Part shown: piece after piece, positions 1 to 10,098 of the stretch | Layout of the letters: each line of letters begins with the position of its first letter | Numbering within the stretch: position 1 is the first letter of the stretch | Assembly (NCBI GenBank): GCA_002269645.1 | Contig: NIVC01001591.1 | Span: 1-64,000 of the forward strand | From: Macrostomum lignano | Taxonomy: Eukaryota | Direction: 5' to 3' | Length of the DNA stretch: 64,000 nucleotides | Notes under the pieces: model-generated | The model's input: only the letters and a program-made list of their open reading frames with translations | Databases searched by the model: none | What the model was told of the DNA's origin: nothing | Position numbers and translations under genes: made by a program

Positions 1-436
1 TTAATGCTAAGATTATGACTGTTTTACATGCACCAGATCAGGGGAGTTGTGGCAGGAATGGCCACTTATTCGAGAGGGGGCTCTGGCACTGCTGCAATTC
101 AAAGCGGCAGTACGTACAGCGAACCAGGCTCGATTCCAAGTGCAGCCACATTAATTCAGGGCTGAATTGGAATCTCGGCTTGGCTCTGCTCGTGCAATTA
201 ACGGCCTTGAGGGCCAACCCCCAAGGCGCAGTGAAGTGTACATGCCTAACGATAAATAAAGTTAGGGCCGCTGTACACTCCTGTGTGTGTGTGTGCCTGT
301 GCGTATGACTGCTCAGGGGGAGTCGGCAGAATGGGCATCAGTAATAATGCCTCTCGCCGGTTGTGACAATGTCACTTAAAGTGCGCCAGGGTGCACACAG
401 CCGCCTTTGCCTAGTTAAAAGATGGTTACTAGGGAT
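1..436 (+). mobile_element. Possible SINE-like interspersed repeat fragment ending in an (ATA)n tail, inside the glycoside hydrolase intron
   Basis: Non-coding, ends at the ATAATAATAAT run (434-447). Motif AGGGCCAACCCCCAAGGC (210-227) resembles AGGGCCAGCCTCCAAGGC on the minus strand at about 1744-1761. Family not identified. Confidence 0.3.
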
Positions 437-748
437 AATAATAATAATTTATTACACCTGCCTTAATAACCAGATGTGCAACCGACAGCTCAGCCGCAGC
501 TATTGCGCGGCGCATCTGAAGGCTGCGTACGGCTGTTCAGTCCAAGGACTGGGGGGGGGGGGGGGTCGCCACACACACCCTCAATTACCCACAGCTAATG
601 CTGGCACCCATTTTACAGCTGGGTGAACTTAAGCAATGCAGAGTTGAGTGTCTTGCTTAAGGACAAGATTTTTTTCCGAGTGAGTCGAGAATCGAACTTC
701 CGACCTTTAAGTCGTGAGTCCGACGCACTAGCCACAAGGCTACAACCC
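434..748 (-). mobile_element. tRNA-derived SINE with CORE-like central domain, copy 1
   Basis: Minus strand reads GGGTTGTAGCCTTGTGGCTAGTGCGTCGGACTCACGAC...AAGTTCGATTCTC (A/B-box-like tRNA head), then CCTTAAGCAAGACACT...CTGTAAAATGGG, then a (TTA)n tail. A near-identical second copy lies at 10414-10678. Confidence 0.75.
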
Positions 749-828
749 TAAGAGCATTACTAGGGATGCTAGATGGAGAACTTCGAGATGCTGGAATAGG
801 TATTAAGCATGCTATTAAAATCTCTCAC

Positions 829-2782
829 CTGTACAAATCCACAGCGGCCAGTACAGACAGGGGAGGTGTCACACCCTCCGGTCGGTACTCGTCAGCGTAC
901 ATGGATCCGTCCTCCCTAATCAATGCCATGAGCAGCATCATCTCATCAATTGCCTGCCTACGATCGAAACAGCTCAAACAGAGGCAATGCACAGCCGTGT
1001 CCCACGCAGCTAAGTACGGCTGCTCCCATTTGTCGGGCACAGTCACTAAGCGATTTGGTAGGGTTCCAGCCCCAGAGGAGAGCACTCTCCACAGGTGAGG
1101 CATCTGGTCCAGGGATAGTACTGCCGATTCCACAGCAGATTAGTGTAGGCCGCATTAAGAATATCCTGCTCAGCCGGGACTAGGGAACCTGGCAGCGACT
1201 GATAGGTGTCGACATTGTTCTGCAGTCGAACCATTTCCATGCTACTTGTCAGGCCTTTCCAGTTCAGCATCGCCGACTCTCCAGATCGCTGGGACATTAG
1301 AAAGCATCGCAGCTTGATTTGTTGCTTCGGCGCCAGATTTAACCGATAACAAATGCCTGCCTTGCTGGCTGGCAGACTGCCAAGATTGGCTATCAACCCG
1401 CTACTGTCGCCTCGAGTAATGTAACGATGAAACGCGTCCTTCGACGGAGAATGCGCCGATGCGTCTTTGGAGGCCGAGGAATTGACATTGTCAGTCAGGA
1501 GAATTTCTGGCACGCCAGCTTCCGAATCGAAATAGTAGCCCAAGTGGAACTCTTTGTTGTCTGCGTTTTAAACAGGATTAACCAGGTGCATAAGCGAAAA
1601 TTCAAAGGGAAAAGTTCCCTCTGAGCACATACAACCGCGCTGGTACGTCCCGTACGCAGGCACGCACTTATATACACGCTAACACAGGGTCTACAGTGGC
1701 CCCCCATACTTTCTAATCGTCGGGTTTGTGTACGCTCTCTCTGCCTTGGAGGCTGGCCCTTATGGGTGTGAAGCGCACCAAAACCCCAAGCCAATTTTCG
1801 TGTACACAAGCCCCAAACTAATGTAGTCACGCGCGCGAAATCGAATCAAGGATCGCGGCGTTAGAGTCAGAAGCTTTTACCGCTGAGCTGCTCTGGTAGA
1901 CACTGAGACACGCTAAGACAAACGTCAAGAGACTAGGCGGCAGTTTTAACTAAGTTCTTGTGCTAAGAAACGACAAAAAGCACTCGTAGCTACATGTTAA
2001 CTCACAACGATCCTTGAAGCAGACAATCAAACAGTTGTCTTTCGCTTGAATGACCTTCTCAACGTTAAAGTCGTCTCCGGTTTGGCCAGGCGACCAAGTG
2101 TTTCTGAGAAACAGCATCGGCATAGCAACCAGCCTGGCAGGCAGCGCTGAGCAGTTAGTGATGCTTAGCTGCAGGTAGAGCCGTTCAGGCGTCAGTTTGC
2201 ACATTTCGAATTCCATTTCAAAGTAGCGCTGCTCCGAATACCAGTTGTTGAAGTCAGTCAGAGAGACAGCGGCACTGCGAACCGAGTTCATTGCGGACAC
2301 ATCGGCTGCACCTTCCAGCCTCTCCATCTGATGCAAGTGCCTGTAGGGATACTCAGTCTGAGGATAAAGGAAATCGGCTCCGATGTACTTGTACTGCGGA
2401 TCGGCCGCCTTGTACGAGTAAACCTCCTTGACGTCCTCTCCGTGAGCACCCTGCGAGTTAGTCAGCCCGTAGAATCGCTCCTTAAGATGATCGTCCCTGT
2501 AGTTCCAGAAGGCGTAGGAGTGGCAGACTCGGCAGTCGCGATCGCACACGCCGAAAATGCCGTCCTCGCAGTAGCGTACGGCACGCTGGCGGCTTGTTCG
2601 TAGGGAAACTCGGCCCAGTTCGAGCCGTCAAGACCGCCAGTCTCGCGTACCGTGCCCCACTCGCGCTGGCTCATGTAGGGTCCCCAGAGCTGCCAGCGCG
2701 GATCCGTGCTTGGGGGCAGCTCGGCAGAATCGAACTCGTTGCCCTCCAGTTTGTTGCTAGGAGATTTTTTATTATTAATCAT
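829..2782 (-). CDS. YMR196W/MGH1-like glycoside hydrolase (GH63-related), 5' part; gene continues beyond the left edge
   Basis: Motifs WQLWGPYMSQREWGTVRE, LKERFYGLTNSQGAHGEDVKE, SKDAFHRY, LLWNRQYY, PDKWEQPYLAAWD match this family. Exons 2782-2006 and 1560-829; phase-1 GT-AG intron 2005-1561 (GTGAGT...ACGCAG); donor GTGAGA at 828. Needs +1 base near 2575 and at GGG 1112-1114. Confidence 0.85.
1640..1900 (-). mobile_element. Probable second tRNA-derived SINE inside the hydrolase intron
   Basis: Minus strand AGCAGCTCAGCGGTAAAAGCTTCTGACTCTAACGCCGCGATCCTTGATTCGATTTC has A-box and B-box-like motifs in tRNA spacing (about 1893-1837). Body shares a motif with 1-436. Confidence 0.45.
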
Positions 2783-3465
2783 CTTGCTAGCTACGTTAAT
2801 ATAAGACCAATTCCAAACGTTCTTTAAATTGTTTTTTCCCTCTCATCAATTTTTGCCTAAAAAACGGGTTTGTCCACAGACAATAAACGCAATCGAAACT
2901 AGTATACTTTGTAGAAGCCGAGGTTTAGCTCAATTTGAAATTTACAAGCAAGTTTTTCAGTCAAAGCATGTTGACGTTCAATAAGAAAGTTCTCTATAAC
3001 ATCAACAATATGCCAGAATCATCCTATCAACAACGTCGGTCAAAGATGATCTTGTCATTAATTTTCCGACCATCAACTACACTCAGCTTTCTGTGCGGCC
3101 AGAGCTAGTGTGCTGGACAGCATTGGCAAAGCTGTCAAATACTGTTTCTCCGTGTTTCTTCCGACGTCTCGATTGAACACCCTCGTCCCCTTTGATTCAT
3201 AGTCACATAGACAATTGACTTGATCTATGGATCCAGTTCGTCAATGGCACCATCAGCCAATGAAATAGCACGTAGTGTGCGGACAAGCCATCAACGTTGT
3301 AACAATGTACGCATTAGTTTGAGGAATTCCAAGTAGGAAAAACACGAGCCAATGAAATTTATCCAATCAGACCAGCTAGTTTTAGTAGTATGCAGACAAT
3401 ACACAATCATAAAGATAAGCTACGTCGCTAAATAGTCCATTGATTCTATCCTCTAAATCACGAAC

Positions 3466-5201
3466 ATGTCAGACAAGAAACCAACCGCAGTCCACAAGGC
3501 AGCAATTCTGCTACCTGTTCAAGCTTGGCTGTCGAGCACATCTGCTCACGGATTGAGCCGACTCTCTGGTCAGCGACCAATCTACATCAAACTAATTTGG
3601 CTGCTGGCTTTCACCTCATTCATGACGATCTTTGTCATCCAGGTGCAAGTCTTTGTGAAAAAGTACCATGAAAAGCCGCAGACGACTACCCTACAGGAGG
3701 ACTCGGTGGAGTTCGAGTTCCCGGACCTGGTCATCTGCAGCACGAACATTGTGTCGGGAAGTTATCCCTACCTGCTGGACTCACAACAAGTGTTAGAAAT
3801 CAACAGCTATGTGAATAAAACCAAGGAGATGCTCGGTGAACCTCATCGTGAAGACATGGCCCGCAGTTTTGCCCAATCCCTGACGGCGACTCTGCCTTAT
3901 CGATTGCTGAGTGACAGCTTCGGTCACAAAGCCGACCAGATGGTTATAATAAACTCAATCAACGGATTTGGCGGAGAAAGGGTTCACTTCAGCACCTTCC
4001 ACAGCCCGTCAGAGCTTAACTGTGTCCGCTTCGAGCCCACAGATGAGCAGAGAGAAGCTCTGAGCATTGAGAACAACTTCTTGCACATAATCTTATTTCT
4101 CGATGCCACATTTTACAAGTTTCCAAAGACCTCAAAAATCTCCCGGTGCCTATGAAAGATCAACCTGGTTACGATTTTCTTTCCTGGGATCTTGATGGAG
4201 GTTTGAATTTTCAGGATTCGAATGCTATAAATTTGTACTTCGCTAAACGAGGTCACTACCCGAGTCCTGACTCTGTTCTGCAGCTGAGCTCTGGAAAAGT
4301 GTACACAATTAACCTGGAGATGGAGAAGCTGACACTGTCCAAGGGGATGCAGTGCCTCCCTGATCCTGAGCCCATGAGGATTGTAAGTCCGTACAACGGG
4401 TCCGAGACGGCTTACCAGTACAGCCAGTACCTTTGCCGCTCTGAGAGAATAAACGAGTTGTTGATGGAGCAAAGCGGCTGCGTGAACCACCTGCTGCCGA
4501 GAAGCAAAAGATTCGAAAGCGCCCTCGGATGCATGAACGCTAGCTGGGTTCATGAAAGAAACTTGACGTTGGCCAAATATATTGCGCTTTTAAAGATCTT
4601 CGAATCCATCGATCAAAAGGATATCCAACAGTACTGCAATGAGCGACGCCCCTGCAAAACTTCGAGCTACACTTATGCATATTCTTTCGGTGCCTGGCCT
4701 AGAATTTATTCGACTAATCAAGCCTCAATACTGAATAAAATCTTAGAACTGGTTAATAAATCCAATAAAAAGCATCCCGGATACGTTGACTTGGCGTCTA
4801 TCCTTATGGAGATGCTAGACAACATGACCACGGAACGCAGTCTGATCGCGAGCAACTATATGCAGGACCAGCTGATGCGAATCAAAGTCAAAGCCGGAAA
4901 ATCCTTCGGGCCGACAGTCACAATCGAGCGCAGCTACGAGTTGGCTAACCTCGTGTCGGACACTGGTGGCATTCTGGGCCTCTACATGGGCTGCTCTCTG
5001 CTGACTGTGCTGGAGGTGCTCGAGCTGCTGCACGACTGCCTGCTCGGCTGCTGTTCCGTCGGGACCGGAGCCGTGGCGCCTCGGACAGGCGACGACGAAG
5101 AGGACAAGAACGATCCGGCCGGAAGGGGGACGCGCGTCAATGCGGATGCCAGCGGCAACACTGGATGCCTTAATACTACTTTGGTCGAGCCTTTCGGTTA
5201 G
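3466..5201 (+). CDS. DEG/ENaC (amiloride-sensitive sodium channel family) subunit, intronless, about 578 aa
   Basis: N-terminal STSAHG motif, TM1, FPDLVIC (FPAVTIC-like), Cys-rich ectodomain, TM2 LVSDTGGILGLYMGCSLLTVLE. The two ORFs join with +1 base at TTT 4120-4122 (YKF|SKDLKNLPVPMK); corrected length 1737 nt is a whole number of codons. Confidence 0.9.
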
Positions 5202-6983
5202 GACGCGTATCATAAAAGTTGTTGACCTACTTGGAACTTGAATATAAACGATAAATACTGACTCTTTACTTACATATAACTGTTAGCTACTGAACTAAAA
5301 AGGAGTCCCGTGGGTGTTTTGGGCCCTGTTGAAGATTAAAGCGACAATCGCACGATGATGACCTTTGACAAGAATGTGCGCACGAGCCTCAATACGAGCT
5401 ATAGATACTAGTTGGATGCGTTACCGATGCTACACACCTTGTTATTCCTTTTGATTCTATCTATTAGTAACGAAAAAATCTCAGTTTAAAACTTTATAAT
5501 CTGGCACATTTTACAGTTTTATTCTAAATCTTGCTGATATATTTCACTCGCTGTGTCGCGCACTCTTGAATACGCAGGTAAATTAACTCACGGGGTATCA
5601 TTAACAATCAATATTTTAGTTATGTACTCGTAGAAAAAGCAAAACTGTTTGTTTTAATGGCTAATCTAATTTTCAAATCCCAAGTCTTTTCAAGTCTGAC
5701 TCAGGAAATTTCCTGTGCAGAAAACAAGAAGTCAAAAAGGAAATCTCAAGGATCTTTTTTAGGACGCTGAAATGCGCAATTTTTATCAGCTATCAGCACT
5801 GGCAGCACGACTCCGAAAAATTTCAAAGATCAGACAGTCATTCGGTTGTTAGGCGAATTTCGCGAATTCAGCCTCAGATAAAACATGTTTATAATCTACT
5901 TGCAACTGCTAATTTTCCATTAGGAAAAATTTGCATAGCCACAAGTATTTACTGATTCCAAATAATGGTTAAATGAACCGGCCAAGGTAGATGGCTAAAT
6001 GACGGATATAATTGATTCAAATTTTGCATCAATGCGTGTCAGTCACTTCAGCTGTGGTGCTGCATCCAATGTTTGCATCAGACTGACCTGCTCGCTTCTG
6101 TGTTACAGTGTAGGTCACAGTCGCAGATCCAGCCTCTTATATTTGCAGGGCGTTAGATAAATACGAATTTGGGCCTACATTGACTCATTTGCTGTATTAA
6201 TTAACTTCATATTAATTGATTAGCTACAGAAATTAAGGGACTATTATTGCCAGACTGACCAACATTGTATATAGATCAGCTCTGGCTCAGCTCTGGAAAA
6301 GGCTTAGTCCAGTATAAATCAACGAGGCGGTCTTAAACTCAAGCAATAACGCTGCCGTCGATGACAGCTGGACGGTTTTGAGGCCACTTGAACTACACCC
6401 AGGGGAGTGGCAGGATGTTTCTTAGCCAAGACTTCAGCTGCAGCCTGTGCGTTGCCAGAGCAAACAACCGACAAGGAACAAAAAGAATACAAACAATGTT
6501 TAAAAACAAGAACGACTAAGTGTGCTTCTAAGGTGACTTTGGTTAAAAAGTGAGAGAAATGACTGTTTCTTGGTTAATTTTTTTCACCTATGCTACACTG
6601 ATAAAATTAAGTTGTCAAGCTTACAATTATTTACAGTTAATTGTTTGACACGCACTAAATAAAGAGCATGCTTAATTATAAGTCGTATATTAAATTTAAT
6701 AACATGCATGTTACCGAGTGAAATAAACTGAACCGTAGCTGAAAATTGAGTAAAACAGAGTGACTGTAGTAAAGAAAAAATGCTTCCGTTATAATAGCAA
6801 CATATCAATGCAATCAAGCAACGATAATAACCTGCTAGACACAAAATCCCATTTAGCACCAATAATCCTCTCTAGAGAATAGTTTAAATTAATAAAGAAA
6901 TACAGCTGACGTTTGTTTGATGCTTCAGTGATGGGATCTGTCAGATCGGTCATTTGAGGACAGACGTATCAAACCAACTCTGT

Positions 6984-9102
6984 TCACTCCGGATCGCTCT
7001 CGTACTGATGCATCTGCTTGTAGATATCCTTCAACAGCAGAACCGCTTTCTTCCGGGGCAATGGACGGACGCCGTATTTTCGCAACGACTCGGCCAGTTC
7101 AGGTGTGCTTGACGCTTCGTAGTCGCGCATCGGCGTAAACGGTGAAGGCGAACGTTGTTGGCGACGGTTGCCCGACTTGCGCCTGCTCCACCGCTACCGC
7201 CTCCACCGCCTCGAATGGTTTTAAATCGAAAGCGTTGCTGCTTCTGCTGCTGCTGCTGCGGTTGCGTCTCTTGATTATTATCTATGCGCTGCGTCGCATA
7301 GGATACTGGCAATATACGCGGCGTCGTTGGCAACGGTTGCGACGAGATCCGACGAAATTGAACAGTTGGCGAAGATACCGATTTGACTTTGGTGGAATTT
7401 TTCAATTCACTGGGAGTCAAAGGAACGGGTGTCGGTGGTTAGGTGACACGGGATCTGTGGTGAGAGGCGCGGTTGTCAAAGGCGGTGTTGAAGGATCAGT
7501 AGCTAAGGGCGCGGATGTAAAAGTCAGAGAATCAGACTTTTTCTGTTCAGGCGTCAAAGACGCCGGTATCAACGGATCAGAAACTGGAGGCGCAGGCGTC
7601 GGAGGCTGATCAAAAAAGGACGCCTCGCAAAGGTGATCGCAGGCTGGAACAGAAATCGCTGACAAATTGTTGAAACTGGATCCACAATCAACTTGTTCCT
7701 CGGCAACGCAGTCGTCAATGCCATCGGAATTCTGTTGCTGATTTTCATAATCTTCATCGTCATCGGAAGCGGCAAACAGATCGCAGCAGCTACTGTTATT
7801 GGCATCGGATTTTATTGTCGGTTCAATCTGGGCATCATCGACTGCAGTTGGAACTTCTTTTATAACTGGTTGGCTAGAGACATTGTCGTTTACAACATCG
7901 TCAGCATTACTAACCGGAAACCAGCCGTAAGTCTCTTCCATAATCAAAGAATTTTCGAGTTTACGCCGCTTTTCCGAGTTCGATAGTGCTACATCAGCGT
8001 CTTCATCATCATTGATAGACTCTGAACGACGCTTTTTTGAGATTATGGTTGCATCGACAATAGGACTATCGGAACGCCACGAGGACAGAAGCTGCTTAGC
8101 CGCATCGGAAAGTGGCTCTTCGCCGCCGGAATACAAGAAGTTCAACGAAGAAATCAGATCATCTTTACTGATACCTGTCAAAGGAATTCGACCTTCAGCA
8201 TCCGTGCTTCGATCTAATCGTTGCAAGCATGACAAAGGACAACGAGCGGCAAAGACGAATCGATGCGCTGGAATGATACAGCCATCTGATGATTCGATTA
8301 GAAAATGCAAATCCGCGCATAGTTCGTTCCCGACCATCGATTGGAAATCGGACAAAACTTTATCGATTGTTGGTGCGGTTTCTGAAGTAGCAGTAACAGC
8401 TACAGTTTGCGATTGGTTGGCAAGTTTTACTGGACTCTCCTCAGTAGAGGGTGTAGGCTTATCGACAGATTCAACCGTATCTACTGGAACGGCAGCTACA
8501 GATTCTGTCTTCAACGAATCATCTTCCGCTGCCATACAGACCACGCCGGGCAGCAACTCCAACAGATCCGGTACAAGATAGCGCAATCGCGGCTGCATTT
8601 CAATCGAAGTCAAACGCCACAGATCGCTGCGAACTGTGCCGCTAGCAATTTGAGCCGGCGCATCCGATGCTGGTCGGAGAATTTCTGCAACAGCGGCTAG
8701 AAGTCGTTCCCGTCGAGCCTCCGGAGTGAGTCGGAACACGGACGGCACCGAGGCAACAGCTCGTCGGGTTTCTTCGGCTTCTTTCGCCGCAACTTTACGA
8801 GCAGCTTCGACGCTACGCGACAAAGCCAACGCCGTTTGAAGATCTTCGTCTGCTGCTCGCCGAAGCAACGACTTCAACGAGGGCTCTGGTCGTTGACGAT
8901 TATCCGAGCTATCTATCAAACGCTTCGATTGACGTCGATTTGACGATTCATTGTTAGATTTCTTAGCGCACCTGGCCAGGTGTTGATCTCGACGAGCTTC
9001 CGTCCAGGTGGACAACAAGCGACCGCAAGTTGGACAGCGACCGTCGGCTGTGAGAGGGTCGGCGACGGGTTTGGCCGCTTCAAATGGGAGCTCCGTTTCA
9101 GG
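6984..9102 (-). CDS. SLX4: SLX4/BTBD12-like structure-specific endonuclease scaffold (UBZ4, MLR, BTB, SAP)
   Basis: UBZ4 CPTCGRLLSTWTEARRDQHLARC; MLR-like DEDLQTALALSRS; BTB ADLHFL...IPAHRFVFAARCP; SAP found in a third frame (about 7140-6990): FTPMRDYEASSTPELAESLRKYGVRPLPRKKAVLLLKDIYKQMHQ. Acceptor TTTCAG at 9103. Two +1 corrections (7437-7438; 7140-7195) give 707 codons. First exon not located. Confidence 0.8.
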
Positions 9103-9334
9103 CTGAAAGTGATGCGTATTGTTAAATGACCAATTACTGAATGCATAAATGGTTTGAAATTGCATGCACATAATAAAAGCCTAACACTAATGAGCACATT
9201 CACTATAAGTGAATTCTTGTTCGCAGTCCTCGACTTGCAATACTACACGCACAAGTTTGTTAATACTATTGGTGTAGTTCGGATGCAAAAAGCCTGACTA
9301 TATGCAAGAATAATGGAGGATGGTTCAGTCTGAC

Positions 9335-9872
9335 GATCTGGGAGGCTGGCCCAGCAACTGAGGATCTGGGAGGCTGGCCCAGAAACTGAGGATCTGGGAG
9401 GCTGGCCCAGTAACTGAGGATCTGGGAGGCTGGCCCAGTAACTGAGGATCTGGGAGGCTGGCCCAGTAACTGAGGATCTGGGAGTTGTGGCCCAGCAACT
9501 GGGGATCTGGGATGCTGGCCCAGCAACTGGGGATCTGGGAGGCTGGCCCAGCAACTGGGGATCTGGGAGGCTGGCCCAGTAACTGAGGATCTGGGAGGCT
9601 GGCCCAGTAACTGAGGATCTGGGAGGCTGGCCCAGCAACTGAGGATCTGGGAGGCTGGCCCAGTAACTGAGGATCTGGGAGGCTGGCCCAGTAACTGAGG
9701 ATCTGGGAGTTGAGGCCCAGCAACTGGGGATCTGGGATGCTGGCCCAGCAACTGGGGATCTGGGAGGCTGGCCCAGCAACTGAGGATCTGGGAGGTGGAT
9801 GGCCCAGCAACTGAGGATCTGGGAGGTGGATGGCCCAGCAACTGAGGATCTGGGAGGCTGGTCCAGCAACTG
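9335..9872. repeat. 28-bp minisatellite (GAGGATCTGGGAGGCTGGCCCAGCAACT)n, array 1
   Basis: About 19 tandem copies between NSUN6 and SLX4; same unit at 11232-11535 and 12965-13380. Confidence 0.95.
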
Positions 9873-10098
9873 GGGGTCTAAGAAGCCTTATAAACATAAA
9901 GTTAAAAGTAATTAACAAGCAGACTCTGTAAAAAAATTGGCTCAGTTGTCACAATTTCTGTAATTGGCTAATCCCAGCGCCTTTGACTTATTCATCCATA
10001 CAACAGAGCATTGTTTTAAATGCAACGGAATCATGTTGAAAAGTAAAAACAAAGTGAGAATAGTAATGACATATTGACACTAAATCTATTATTGTAAA

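Noticed and set aside
1112-7438. Cluster of pseudogenes (hydrolase, DEG/ENaC, SLX4)
   Set aside because: Only single-base deletions in one direction, with no nonsense codons or motif decay; better explained as sequencing error.
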